In this document: piece after piece, positions 8,636-18,275 of the stretch
Layout of the letters: each line of letters starts with the position of its first letter
Position numbering within the stretch: position 1 is the first letter of the stretch
DNA from: a virus
Lineage: Duplodnaviria > Caudoviricetes
IMG/VR virus record: IMGVR_UViG_3300035006_000010
Span: 1 to 45,450 of that record
Strand: one strand, 5' to 3'
Length of the DNA: 45,450 nucleotides
Position numbers and translations under genes: made by a program
Notes under the pieces: generated by a model
What the model was told of the DNA's origin: nothing
Seen by the model: the letters and a program-made list of their open reading frames with translations, nothing else
Database searches by the model: none

Positions 8636-9126
8636 AGGATCGCGAAGACCTTGTTGGAAAAGCCGGCCTCGGTGGCGACGCGCGTGCCGCCCGGCCCGCC
8701 GAGATCGATGCGCGTGTCGCTCATCGTCACGGTCAGCGCCCCGCGTTTCAGCGTGATCGTGCCGGTGTCGGCCTCGACCATGACGCCGCCCGCGACCACC
8801 TTAACCCGCACGCCCTCGCCGGCCTTGGCGAAGATGAGGTTGCCGGAGGAATCGTAGAGGACGGCCGCGCCGGTCGGCACGCTTTTTGGCCGGCCTTCCG
8901 TCTCGAAGCCGAGCGCGACGAGCCGGTCGGACGAGCCGAGCCGGATGAAGTCCCCGACCGCGCCGACCGGTGGATTGGACGAGAACCCGTGCGGCTGGGC
9001 GCGGCGGACCTTCTCGAAGCGCTCGCCCCTGAAGCCCTCCACAGTCATGAGCTGCGTGCCGGCGCTGTCGTCGAGCGAGACGAGCTTGCCGCGCGTCAGG
9101 GTCGAGGCCTCGCGGAAATCGTTCAT
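8632..9126 (-). CDS. Mu gp45-like baseplate spike
   Basis: R.QP.GFSS.PP.GA and RP.....G...LYD..G motifs. Confidence 0.85.
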   Translation of the reverse strand: MNDFREASTLTRGKLVSLDDSAGTQLMTVEGFRGERFEKVRRAQPHGFSSNPPVGAVGDFIRLGSSDRLVALGFETEGRPKSVPTGAAVLYDSSGNLIFAKAGEGVRVKVVAGGVMVEADTGTITLKRGALTVTMSDTRIDLGGPGGTRVATEAGFSNKVFAIL

Positions 9127-9130
9127 CGCA

Positions 9131-10237
9131 TCACTCGTCGTCGCCGCCGGCCTTGCCGGTCTCCAGGCTCTTGCCCGATTTCGAGCCCTTCCCCTTCTTG
9201 CCGCCGAAGGTGCGCGGATCGACCATGCTCAGCACGGCCTGCGTGCCCTCGGTGTCGGCCTGGCGCAGCGAGACCTTCTTGATCAGCATGTCCTGCGTGA
9301 TGCCGAGCGACGGGATTTCGACCGGCGCGAGCCAGCCGGGCGTCCAGATGACGTCACCTTCGTCGCGCCAGCCGGGAACCGTGATTTCGGCCGTGGTGCC
9401 CTCGCCCGAGGCGCGGTCGCGGTGCCATTTCGCGCGAGCGCGGGCGTCATTCTTCTTCACCGTCTCGGGCGGCACGATGATGCGCGTGCGGTTGCGGGTG
9501 ATGGTCTCGTCGGTCGCCTCATCCTCGATCTGCAATTCGTCGGGGCCGTAGCCGTCGGGCGCCTGCGCCCGGACCTTGACCTTGGAGAATTTCTTGCTGT
9601 CGTCGAACACGGCCGAGGCGTCAGCGACGTTGCGGCCCTCGGTGAAGCCGCTGGCATGGCGCTTCGTGCCCGCCTTCGTCAGCTTGAGGTTGCCCTCCGC
9701 CGTGTCGGAGATGGTGACGCCCTCGGCCCGCGCGACGCGCTCGCCGAAGGAGAAGATCGTCTCGCCCGGCCGCAGCCGCGCGATGTCGCGGGGCTTGAGG
9801 TCGATATCGCTCTCGACCTTGACCCCGACCTTCGCCGCCAGCGGCTCGAGTGCGTCCTTCGCCGTCTTGTCGCGGAACTCGCCGGTCTCGTGCTCGGCGC
9901 TGGAATCGACCGCGTCGCCGGTTTTGGACCGGCCCGCGATCGGCAGTTCGGCCTCGGCCGAGCGCAGGCTCGGGCTGCGCTTCTCGACATGGCCGGTCAG
10001 CAGCAGGTCGCCGCCCTGCGCATCGGGCTGGAAGGCCGCGCCATCGCTGGCGAGCGCATGGATGGTGCAGGCCGGCGAGTTCGCCAGCGCGTCGAGCAGT
10101 TGCGCCTGCGTCATGCCGGGCTGCTTGACCTTGGCCTCGAAGGAGCGCGCCGCCTCGTCCATGGCGATCTCGATCGCGATCGTGACCGGCCGAAGCACGA
10201 GGCCGCCGACCTTCAGCGTGACGATCTCGAATGCCAT
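9131..10237 (-). CDS. Mu gp44-like baseplate hub
   Basis: GRSKT.D.VDSS, PGET.F, GWRD..G..W.PG motifs. Confidence 0.9.
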   Translation of the reverse strand: MAFEIVTLKVGGLVLRPVTIAIEIAMDEAARSFEAKVKQPGMTQAQLLDALANSPACTIHALASDGAAFQPDAQGGDLLLTGHVEKRSPSLRSAEAELPIAGRSKTGDAVDSSAEHETGEFRDKTAKDALEPLAAKVGVKVESDIDLKPRDIARLRPGETIFSFGERVARAEGVTISDTAEGNLKLTKAGTKRHASGFTEGRNVADASAVFDDSKKFSKVKVRAQAPDGYGPDELQIEDEATDETITRNRTRIIVPPETVKKNDARARAKWHRDRASGEGTTAEITVPGWRDEGDVIWTPGWLAPVEIPSLGITQDMLIKKVSLRQADTEGTQAVLSMVDPRTFGGKKGKGSKSGKSLETGKAGGDDE

Positions 10238-10246
10238 GATGCGCGC

Positions 10247-11437
10247 TCAGTTCGCCAGAGCCTCGAAACGCTCGGGCATGAAGCCGGGGTGGTAGGCCCC
10301 GGCCCGGTCGGCAAGCTCCGTTGCCCGCAGCGGGTCGGCATAGAGCGCATGCGCCCAGACCAGCGAGGGGAGACGACGGCCGGCGGAGACGGTGATGATC
10401 GGCGCGAGATCGGCCTCCTGCCGCAGCACGAGCTCGGCGACGAGGCCGCGCAGGGCCGAGAGCTCGCGGGCGAGATCGAGCCCGGCCCGTCCGGCGCGCG
10501 ACAGCGCGTCGTCGAAGACGGCGGTGGCGATGCCGCGCGCGATGACGGCCTCGGGCCGGTCGCGATAGCTCCGCCGCGCCGAGGCCTCGGCGAGCGCCAG
10601 AGCCCGGCTCGCGGCCGTCAGCGTCACGGCTTCCGCCGCATTCGCCGCGATGAGCAGCGCCGTGCCGCGGCTGACCTGGGCAGGGGCGGCGTCGGACGGC
10701 GCGCCGATCGACACGATGGTCTGCGCCAGAAGCGCCGGATCGGCGACGTCCCCGAGCATGATCGCGGCGTCGGCCAGCGCCAGCCCGAAGGCTGCGGGCT
10801 GGCCGGGGAAGTCGGCGAGCGCGACGGTGGCGGCGGTGAAGGCGGGCGCGGCGAGCGCCAGCGCCTCGGGCGAGAGCCTGACCGAATCGCGCAGCGCCAC
10901 GAGATCGCCGAGCGCGCCGGCTGCCGCCTCGAAGGCGGCGTCCTGCACGGTCGAAGGCTGGCCGGCGAGCCTGAAGGCGGAACCGGCGAAGGCCCCGAAG
11001 GCATCCCGCGCCAACAGCGCCGTCGCGAAGATCCGTGCCGCCATCGCGAAGGCCGAGAGCCCGCCGGTGGCGATGGCGGGCTCGGCCACCGCCTCGAGCG
11101 AGACCGAGATGTAACCGAGCTTGTCCTTCTCGAATTCGCGGGTGGCCTTGGTCAGGCGCACCAGGCCGGGCGCGGCGTCGGGCAGGATCAGCACGCCGCG
11201 ATGGTTGCTTTCGGCGGCCGACAGAAGCGCGGCCGCGCGTTCGCGGCAGGCGGGGCCGGTCAGATAGGCCTCGACCTCGAATGTGCGCGCGGCCGGGCCG
11301 AAGCTCTCATTGACGTGGCGGCCATTGGGGAAGGTGGTGGTGTTGACGCGGTGCCCGGCCTCGATCGTGGCGCTCTCGACATGGAAGCCGAGGCCGTTGA
11401 ACGAGGCCGGCTGGAGCCGGGAGGGCCAGTCGGTCAT
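10247..11437 (-). CDS. Mu gp43-like DNA circularisation domain protein
   Basis: W...L.PASF.G..F.V start; PSLV.A..LY.D..RA.EL......HPGF.P end. Confidence 0.9.
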   Translation of the reverse strand: MTDWPSRLQPASFNGLGFHVESATIEAGHRVNTTTFPNGRHVNESFGPAARTFEVEAYLTGPACRERAAALLSAAESNHRGVLILPDAAPGLVRLTKATREFEKDKLGYISVSLEAVAEPAIATGGLSAFAMAARIFATALLARDAFGAFAGSAFRLAGQPSTVQDAAFEAAAGALGDLVALRDSVRLSPEALALAAPAFTAATVALADFPGQPAAFGLALADAAIMLGDVADPALLAQTIVSIGAPSDAAPAQVSRGTALLIAANAAEAVTLTAASRALALAEASARRSYRDRPEAVIARGIATAVFDDALSRAGRAGLDLARELSALRGLVAELVLRQEADLAPIITVSAGRRLPSLVWAHALYADPLRATELADRAGAYHPGFMPERFEALAN

Positions 11438-13612
11438 CTATCGCACCTCTGGCATGCTGCGGCCGACGGGAAGCCCGCCCGCCCCTGTCCCGAAGGAGAG
11501 CGAGGGCATGCGCAGCGTGTTCAGCGTCTGCTGCATCCGCGCCACCGACGCGGCGACGGCCGCCTCGGCCTGCGACAGTCCCGACGATATGCCGGTGCCC
11601 AGCGCCGTGCCCGCGCTCGCGCCGACCGGGCCGAGGCTCTCGATCGTTGTCCGCACATCGGCGACCTTGGCCTGCGCCTCGGCCAGCGGGGCGGGATCGA
11701 CCGGCTGCCACTTCATCCGGTCCAGACCCGGCTTCATGTCTGCGCGGAACTGGTCGAGCCCGGCGCGGAAGCTTTCCAGCCAACCCTTCGACTGCGCCGG
11801 CGGGGGCGCGGGGGCGGTAGCCGCAGCCGCTGGCGAAACACGCGAAACCACATCATCCAGAACAACGACTGGAGCGCCGCTCGCAACACTGGGAGGACGA
11901 GACGGCGAAGCAGACCATGCCGCACCGCGCTGGCGCTCGCGGGCCATATCGCCAGCCGCCTCGGCTTCGCGGGAGTTGAAGTTCAATTCCGGGAGATTAT
12001 GCAGTCCGGCGAGACGTTGCTGATCACGGGCAACAGACTTTAACTCTGCGTCCGACAGAGGGATGCTTTTCACAACCCCGTTGCGTTTTCGTTCAAGCTC
12101 GGCGAGCCGCTCCTCGGCTCTTTTCCTGATGGATCCTTCCGGGGCAAGTCGCAGTATCTCGCGCTCACGCTCAATATCTTCTTCGAGATTCTTATCGGCG
12201 TACAGATCGCGCGGGCCACCGTTCGCTTCCTCGCCGCGTCTGGCTATCCTTGATGCCTCAAGGCGATCAGGCTCTGTGACGGCGAGGCGTCCCATCCCCT
12301 CCCGACCTTCGGCCGCGCTTTTGCTGGCACCATCGATGACATCGCCGACGATGCGTTTCACAGCGCCGACAAACCCTTCGGAGCGCGCAGCTTCGGCCGC
12401 CCGCTCCATGGCTTCGGCGATAGAGTTCAGATTTTCTCCGGCACTTTTGAATGCCGGAGAGCCCGCTTCCGACGCCAGCGAGCCCAGCGAGGTCTTCGCC
12501 CGATCCGCCGCTTCCTTGAAACGGTCGAGCGTGGCCCGCGCATCGGCGCTGATCCGCAGGAAATCCTTGTCGATCGTGCCGCCTGCGCCCTGCAGCTGCT
12601 GGCGCAGCTCGAGCATCTTCTGCATGCCGGCGAGCAGCGGCCGCATGCCGCGCTGCACCTCCATGTCCTTGAAGAGCTGGGGCACCTTGGACAGGTCGCC
12701 TTTCAGGGCCTGATTGGACAGGTCGAGGAAGACATCGAGCAGATCCTTGCCCTCGGCGCGGGCCTTCTTCATCGCCTTGGGCAGATCGACGCCCATATCC
12801 TTGAAGTTCTTGACCGTCTGCTCGGATTCCATCTTCGCGAAGATGTTCTGGGCCGACGACGCCGCCTCCTCGGCCGACCCCGTGCCGGAGCGGATGACCT
12901 GCAGCATGGCGACGAGGTTACGCAGGCCCTCCTGGCCCGATTTGCCGATCGCCTTGTAGGCCGGCAGCATCGAGGGCAGGTATCGGGCCATGTCCTTCAG
13001 CTCAAACTTGCCGAGCTTGCCGCCCATGGCGAGCGTGTCCTGTGCCGCGCCCAGTTCGGCGATCGAAATCTTCATGTGGTCGATCAGCGCGGTCGACGAG
13101 TTCGCGATGTCGTCGACGCCCGCGCCGGACGCCTGCGCCGTCTTGAGGACGGAGGGCATCATCTTCATCGCGTCGGTGAAATCGCGGCCCGAGGCGGTGA
13201 TCGCGTCGAGGCCCTTCTGCGCCGGGTCGAACAGCGTGCCGGTCTCGCGCGCCATGGCGCGCAGCTGCTCGGTGCCGCGCCGGGTCTGCTCGACGGTGGC
13301 ATCGCCCGTGATGCCTGTGCGCGCCATGGCGCGGTCCACATCGGCGAAGCGGGCGGTGGCCTCCTTCAGCTTCTGCAGGCCGGCGCCCGCGCCGAGCCCG
13401 GCCGCGAGCGTGCCAATCCCGCCGCGCAACAGCGCCGAAGTGCGCTCCATCCGGTCGAGATGGCGGAACTGGCCGGCCGCCTGGTTCAGGCCCGCGACGG
13501 CCCTGGTCTGCGTGCGACGGAAGGCGTCGAGATCACGCGCGGCCGAGCTCAGGCCCGGCCGCAGCTTGTTCTGGGCGGTGATGACCGCCTCGGCGCGGGC
13601 GACAGTGGCCAT
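11438..13612 (-). CDS. Tail tape measure protein
   Basis: Long Ala-rich helical ORF after chaperones; GK.GKFELKDMA.YLP motif. Confidence 0.92.
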   Translation of the reverse strand: MATVARAEAVITAQNKLRPGLSSAARDLDAFRRTQTRAVAGLNQAAGQFRHLDRMERTSALLRGGIGTLAAGLGAGAGLQKLKEATARFADVDRAMARTGITGDATVEQTRRGTEQLRAMARETGTLFDPAQKGLDAITASGRDFTDAMKMMPSVLKTAQASGAGVDDIANSSTALIDHMKISIAELGAAQDTLAMGGKLGKFELKDMARYLPSMLPAYKAIGKSGQEGLRNLVAMLQVIRSGTGSAEEAASSAQNIFAKMESEQTVKNFKDMGVDLPKAMKKARAEGKDLLDVFLDLSNQALKGDLSKVPQLFKDMEVQRGMRPLLAGMQKMLELRQQLQGAGGTIDKDFLRISADARATLDRFKEAADRAKTSLGSLASEAGSPAFKSAGENLNSIAEAMERAAEAARSEGFVGAVKRIVGDVIDGASKSAAEGREGMGRLAVTEPDRLEASRIARRGEEANGGPRDLYADKNLEEDIEREREILRLAPEGSIRKRAEERLAELERKRNGVVKSIPLSDAELKSVARDQQRLAGLHNLPELNFNSREAEAAGDMARERQRGAAWSASPSRPPSVASGAPVVVLDDVVSRVSPAAAATAPAPPPAQSKGWLESFRAGLDQFRADMKPGLDRMKWQPVDPAPLAEAQAKVADVRTTIESLGPVGASAGTALGTGISSGLSQAEAAVAASVARMQQTLNTLRMPSLSFGTGAGGLPVGRSMPEVR

Positions 13613-13622
13613 GGCGGTCTCG

Positions 13623-13751
13623 TCAGGTCAGGAAATCGGCCCAGAGCCGGAGCCGGGGCAGCGACATCGGGGCGACATCCGACAGGGTGACGCCCGTGGC
13701 GATCAGGGCGCGGATGCGGGCTTCAACGACATCCGCGCGTTCTGAAAAAAA
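13623..13751 (-). CDS. -1 frameshift extension of tail chaperone (G-T type)
   Basis: T7 run at 13745-13751; -1 frame open to TGA at 13623. Confidence 0.7.
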   Translation of the reverse strand, partial: FFSERADVVEARIRALIATGVTLSDVAPMSLPRLRLWADFLT

Positions 13752-14068
13752 CCGCAGATCGCGTCCTCGATCAGGAGGCCAAGCGCCGTGTCGCGCTCGC
13801 GGCCGACCATGTCGGCGTCGTGCCCGTCGATCAGGCGCTGGAACCAGAGCTTCAGCCGCTCGCGATCGAGCGACTGCACGCCGCGCCCGGCCGAATCGAA
13901 GAACCACGTCACCGGGTCGCCGATCTCGACGACATCCATGACGCAGGGCGGGCGCAGAACGAGCGAGCCCTTCGGATCGCCATGGTGCAGGATCGGCGCG
14001 GAAAACCAGATCGTGACCGAGCCGTCCGGCAGGTCCTCGCGGCGCGGGGCGAGCGGGGCGGTGCTCAT
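13703..14068 (-). CDS. Tail assembly chaperone
   Basis: Between tube and tape measure; L.LR.P...D motif; GFF near C-terminus. Confidence 0.8.
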   Translation of the reverse strand: MSTAPLAPRREDLPDGSVTIWFSAPILHHGDPKGSLVLRPPCVMDVVEIGDPVTWFFDSAGRGVQSLDRERLKLWFQRLIDGHDADMVGRERDTALGLLIEDAICGFFQNARMSLKPASAP

Positions 14069-14448
14069 CGGCGCGTCGCCAGATAGCCTTCGGCGACGCC
14101 GGTGATGCCGGAGAGCTCGCCGGTCATCTGGTCGACCTGCGGGTCGCCGGTCAGGACGCAGCGCGAATAGGTGTAATCCATTCGCTCGGTGTCCATCAGG
14201 AAGGTGAAGTCCACCTTATCGAAGGCCATCAGCGCCGTGACATCGACCGGGTTGCCGTCGCGGTCCTTGTCGGCCAGGGCGAGCGCGAAGCGATAGCCCA
14301 TCACGGTGTGCGAGCGGTCGACGCTGCCGTCCATGTTGACGACGGCCTCGCTCGACAGATTGTGCGGGTTGCGGGTCAGCGAACCGCGAATCGACAGGTT
14401 CTGGCCGGTCGGCAGGCGGAATTTGGCGAGGCCGCCATTATTGGACAT
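14065..14448 (-). CDS. Tail tube protein (Mu-like)
   Basis: 127 aa beta-rich ORF directly after sheath; GGAG SD. Confidence 0.75.
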   Translation of the reverse strand: MSNNGGLAKFRLPTGQNLSIRGSLTRNPHNLSSEAVVNMDGSVDRSHTVMGYRFALALADKDRDGNPVDVTALMAFDKVDFTFLMDTERMDYTYSRCVLTGDPQVDQMTGELSGITGVAEGYLATRR

Positions 14449-14486
14449 GAGGCGTGCTCCGGGGAAACGGGGACGGGGAAGGAAGG

Positions 14487-14510
14487 GCCCGCCGCGTCAG
14501 CGCGGCGGGC
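14487..14510. terminator. Stem-loop after sheath gene (weak terminator or mRNA stabiliser)
   Basis: GCCCGCCGCG-TCAG-CGCGGCGGGC 10-bp stem; only CCTTCCTT follows on the minus strand. Confidence 0.45.
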
Positions 14511-14526
14511 GGGATGTGGCCGGGCT

Positions 14527-16029
14527 TTACGCCGCGGCGGGATACTGCGCGTAGATCGTCGCGTTGGCGGCGAGGATGTCGAGCGGGTTCACCCGGTCGA
14601 GATCCATGCCGATGTTGACGCGGGCCGGATTGCCGGCATCGCGAAGGACCTGCGCGCGGCGGGAGAATTCCGTCTTGTTCTCGAAGAGGCCGCGATCGAC
14701 GAGGTCGCCATAGAGCGCGATCACATCGGCCTTGATGTCGGCAGGGGTCGAGATCGCCGGCAGGTTGCCGGGGTTGGCGTCGGCGACCGCCTTGTTGGCG
14801 TGGCGGAACGACAGGCCGGCGCGCATGTAGCGCAGACCATGCATTACCTGCGCGATCGACTGTACGTCGCGGAAGACGGTGTCCGGCTGGCCGGCGGCGT
14901 TGGTGCGCTGCATCGTGACGCATTTGTCGATCACGACCTGGCCGACGCCGTTGACCTTCCAGGTCGACATGCCGGAGCCGAGCAGCGTGTTGCGCACCAC
15001 ATAATTCGGCCAGAGCGTCCGGTCACGCGGCGGGCGGATGCCTTCCAGCACGAGATCGGACATGTTGCGCGCGGCGTTGCCGCTGACATCGTCGGCGAGC
15101 CAGGGCAGCTGGCGAGCGACATAGGCCGCGAGCATCTCCCAGGACGGCGTCGGCGCGGCGACGCGGGCCAGCGCCGAGACGTGGCGCGAATTGCGCGCCA
15201 GGCCGAAGGTCGTGTTGTCGCCGGTGTTGCCGGTGTTGACCGTGAAGTAGTGGCCATAGAGCTGCGCATTCCAGGCCCAGCGGCCCGAGAGGTCCGACAG
15301 CGCCGCTTCAGCCGCTTCGACATTGGCCGTCTCGGCGAAGGGCGAGATGATCCAGTCGAAGGGCTCGTCGCCCAGCGCCGCGAGCGCCGCCGAGACGGAA
15401 GCCGTACCGGTGGCGGGCACGGTCTGCGCCACGACGATCTTGCCGGCATAGAGATTGCCGGCCAGACCCGGATCGGTCGTCAGCTCGAGCTCGTTCAGGG
15501 TGGTGCCGGCGTGGCGGGCGGTGACCGTCACGATATTGGTCGCGACCGTGGCCGTGACGGGCAGATAGGCCAGCGTCACGGGATCGACGAAGGCGTTGAT
15601 CGCGGCGGCGAGATTGGCGGCCGAGGTGTTGACGGCTTCCGAAGCGCCGGCATTGACGGCGACCTTGCGGCCGGCGATCTCGAAGACGCCGTCACCGCCG
15701 GCTGCATCCAGCGCGCTCAGGGTCAGCGTCCAGGCGCCGGCATTGCCGGTCACCGGCACGGCCGCGATCCAGAGTTCCTGGACCGGCGCATGGCGGCGGG
15801 CGACGCGGAAGGCCTCGTAAAGCTGCGAGCCGACGCCGGCGAGCTGGGCCGCCTCCTCGTTCGTCGAGCACAGCGCCAGCACGTTGTCGGCCAGCGAGCC
15901 GGCAGCCGACTTGTGGCCCAGCACGAGGCCGCGCGACTTCGATTCGAACTGCCCGCCGGAATTGACCTCGAAGAAATTGCCCGGCGCGATCAGGCCAGCG
16001 CCGGGGATGAAGTTGAACAGCACGGCCAT
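14527..16029 (-). CDS. Tail sheath protein (Mu gpL-like)
   Basis: F..IP.....PG...E start, G.GSQL, RNTLL..G.ST, NP.RVN....D.VN.L motifs. Confidence 0.95.
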   Translation of the reverse strand: MAVLFNFIPGAGLIAPGNFFEVNSGGQFESKSRGLVLGHKSAAGSLADNVLALCSTNEEAAQLAGVGSQLYEAFRVARRHAPVQELWIAAVPVTGNAGAWTLTLSALDAAGGDGVFEIAGRKVAVNAGASEAVNTSAANLAAAINAFVDPVTLAYLPVTATVATNIVTVTARHAGTTLNELELTTDPGLAGNLYAGKIVVAQTVPATGTASVSAALAALGDEPFDWIISPFAETANVEAAEAALSDLSGRWAWNAQLYGHYFTVNTGNTGDNTTFGLARNSRHVSALARVAAPTPSWEMLAAYVARQLPWLADDVSGNAARNMSDLVLEGIRPPRDRTLWPNYVVRNTLLGSGMSTWKVNGVGQVVIDKCVTMQRTNAAGQPDTVFRDVQSIAQVMHGLRYMRAGLSFRHANKAVADANPGNLPAISTPADIKADVIALYGDLVDRGLFENKTEFSRRAQVLRDAGNPARVNIGMDLDRVNPLDILAANATIYAQYPAAA

Positions 16030-16060
16030 GAATGGCGCTCCTGTGTTGGAACTGGAGGGA

Positions 16061-16267
16061 TCAGGATTTCGTCTTGGCCGGCTTTTCGGCCGCAGGTTCG
16101 GGCGGTGAGACCAGCGAGCGGTCGGCGATCAGCGCCGCGAAGAACGGGTCGATCACCGAGACGGTGAAGGGCTCCGCCGGCAGCATCCGGCCGGGCACGC
16201 CGGGCCAGGGCACGATGGCCTGCGGATTGGCGAGGACCACGGTCCTGATCAGCGGGTTGTCGGTCAT
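16061..16267 (-). CDS. Small protein upstream of sheath (Mu gp38/DUF2635-like)
   Basis: Size, position and P...LP.E...V..D.FF...IAD pattern. Confidence 0.6.
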   Translation of the reverse strand: MTDNPLIRTVVLANPQAIVPWPGVPGRMLPAEPFTVSVIDPFFAALIADRSLVSPPEPAAEKPAKTKS

Positions 16268-16281
16268 GAGGGCCTCGGATG

Positions 16282-17073
16282 TCAGAGCAGTATCTGGCCG
16301 GCGACATCGCCGACCGGGGGCTCGGCGGACGCGTCGGCGGCGGGCGGCGGCGTATCGCCGGCCGCGCGGGTGAGGTTCAGCGCAAGGCGCAAATCGTTCA
16401 GCGCCGGGAAGGCCTTCGGCGAGCCCAGCAGATCGGCCAGCAGCGCCACATGGCGGCCGCCATAGCTCTCCGCCGGCAGCGCCTTCGCCACGTCGCGCAG
16501 GGGCTGCGGCAGACGGTCGAGCCCGGTTGCGCCGGCGACTGGCCAGCGCTCGCGCTCGCGGACGCGGCAGGTCAATTCGAGCCGCCGGGCCGAAAGCCGG
16601 ATGTCGTTGTCGGCGTCGCGCCAGGGCTGGCTTTCGACGCCCTCGATGGTGACGAGGATCGAGGCCAGCAGCGCGCCGGTGCGGGCGTCCGCGAGCCGCT
16701 GCAAAATCTGGTCCTCGATCATGTCGAGGATGGCCTCGGCCAGCGAATCGGACGGGCCGTAGGGCGCGATCGCATCATCCGAGAGCGCGACCGGCACCTG
16801 AATCTCGAAGGCGAGCGTGACATGCGTCTCGCCGTCGCCCGGCAGCGTCACGTCCTGGGCCGTGCCCTGCGCCTTCGTCTTGTCCTCGTCGGTGTAGACC
16901 ACGATGAGCGGCGTGCGCGCCTCGGCCTCGGTCTGCGCGACGGCGGTGATCTGCGTGTCGAAGACCCGGCCCGCCGCATAGGTCGGCCAGGCCGGATCGG
17001 CGGCGACGATCTGCGCATAGGGCGCAAGCGTTTCCACCGCGGCGAGCCGCAGTGCGAGGCGGGACAGCGACAT
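16282..17073 (-). CDS. Putative tail terminator/neck protein
   Basis: Position between head-closure and sheath genes; RVFD and P.IVVYT motifs. Confidence 0.55.
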   Translation of the reverse strand: MSLSRLALRLAAVETLAPYAQIVAADPAWPTYAAGRVFDTQITAVAQTEAEARTPLIVVYTDEDKTKAQGTAQDVTLPGDGETHVTLAFEIQVPVALSDDAIAPYGPSDSLAEAILDMIEDQILQRLADARTGALLASILVTIEGVESQPWRDADNDIRLSARRLELTCRVRERERWPVAGATGLDRLPQPLRDVAKALPAESYGGRHVALLADLLGSPKAFPALNDLRLALNLTRAAGDTPPPAADASAEPPVGDVAGQILL

Positions 17074-17076
17074 CGC

Positions 17077-17484
17077 TCAGACCTTGAGGTTCAGGCCGAG
17101 ATGCAGGCCCTCGCCGCCATCCGGCATCGGCTCGGAGACGACGTAGCGGACGTCCGGACGGTCGTCATAGGCGAGTTCGTCGCCCTTGCCCGGCCGCCAG
17201 GCCAGCACGGAGGGCTGCACCGTGGCGATGTGGCGAAAGCCGGCCGAAGCCAGCTTGAAATGGCCAGAGGGGACCGGCATGCCCTGCCCGCCCAGCTGCA
17301 CGCGCTCCGACCATTCAGATCGGATGACGGCGACGCCCGCCAGCGTGGCGCGGGATGCATCAGTGACGCTTGGCCCGTTGACGCCGGCGGGGCCGGGCTT
17401 CATCGGATAAAGCGTGGCCGTGCGGCCAAACAGCGCCTGGCTGGTGCGCAGCATGATGGCGTCGAGCGCGTCGAAAGGCGACAT
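17077..17484 (-). CDS. Head closure protein (lambda FII-like)
   Basis: ATG 17484 overlaps upstream TGA; P.KGD.......Y.V....PDG motif. Confidence 0.65.
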   Translation of the reverse strand: MSPFDALDAIMLRTSQALFGRTATLYPMKPGPAGVNGPSVTDASRATLAGVAVIRSEWSERVQLGGQGMPVPSGHFKLASAGFRHIATVQPSVLAWRPGKGDELAYDDRPDVRYVVSEPMPDGGEGLHLGLNLKV

Positions 17485-18074
17485 CAATAGCCCCGCAGCA
17501 CGGCGTAAAGCGCCTCGCGCAGATGATGCGGCAGGCGCGCCGCCGCCTGCTGTTCCCAGCCGGCCTTGACGGACGAGGTCTGCATCGCCTCGGGCACGCC
17601 GGGGCCGAGCGGACGGTCGAGCGTCCATTTGCCCGTGCCGGTGCGCCGCCAGACGACATGTGAGATGCGCGATTTGCGGCGGCGCGGGAACTTGCCGCCG
17701 AGATAGAACGACCGCGCGATCGCCTTGCGCGCGCCGAGCCAGTTGATCGAGGCCCCGGCGGGGGCTTCCTTCGGCTGGTAGTAGATCGCCGGCAGGCCCT
17801 TGCCGAAGCCCGACAGCGAGAATTCGAGACGCCCGGCGCTGGCCTTGCGGACGCTGGTCGAGCGCGTGACGGCCTTGGCCGGCGTGCCCTTCGCATAAGG
17901 GTGCGCTCGCAGGCCCAGCACCTTGCGGATGGTGCGCTTGGCCGAGTTGGCCACCGGCACGCCGGCGCGGTTGAGCGCCCGCGATAAAGCGATGTCGGCG
18001 CGCCCGCCGGCGGCGGCGATCAGGTTGTCGAGGCCCTTCAGGTCGACATGGGTGCGGATGACGAGATCGCTCAC
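17484..18074 (-). CDS. Tail completion protein (lambda gpZ-like)
   Basis: GTG 18074; basic protein with A..RALNR and GP.VP motifs. Confidence 0.75.
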   Translation of the reverse strand: MSDLVIRTHVDLKGLDNLIAAAGGRADIALSRALNRAGVPVANSAKRTIRKVLGLRAHPYAKGTPAKAVTRSTSVRKASAGRLEFSLSGFGKGLPAIYYQPKEAPAGASINWLGARKAIARSFYLGGKFPRRRKSRISHVVWRRTGTGKWTLDRPLGPGVPEAMQTSSVKAGWEQQAAARLPHHLREALYAVLRGY

Positions 18075-18075
18075 C

Positions 18076-18273
18076 TCACCGCCCTCCCCTGCGCGCAAGC
18101 ACGGCCTGGGCGGCGCGCGCGACGCCCGCGCTCGCCCGGCGAAAATCGGTTCTGGCGGAGACGGCGGCGGCTCTTGCCGCTGACGCCGCCTCCTGCCACG
18201 ACCCGCGCACGGCCGCGACGCCGGCTTGGGCGATCAAGCCCCGCCGCTCGCCGCAACCGCCGCCGCAGGACAT
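18076..18273 (-). CDS. Small basic protein with CxxxC N-terminus
   Basis: 65 aa ORF (MSCGGGCGERR) exactly filling the gap between neighbours. Confidence 0.6.
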   Translation of the reverse strand: MSCGGGCGERRGLIAQAGVAAVRGSWQEAASAARAAAVSARTDFRRASAGVARAAQAVLARRGGR

Positions 18274-18275
18274 CG

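Noticed and set aside
6333-16029. Mu-like tail implying a transposable phage, tailocin or GTA
   Set aside because: No MuA/MuB; cos terminase, capsid, replication genes, repressor and integrase are all present
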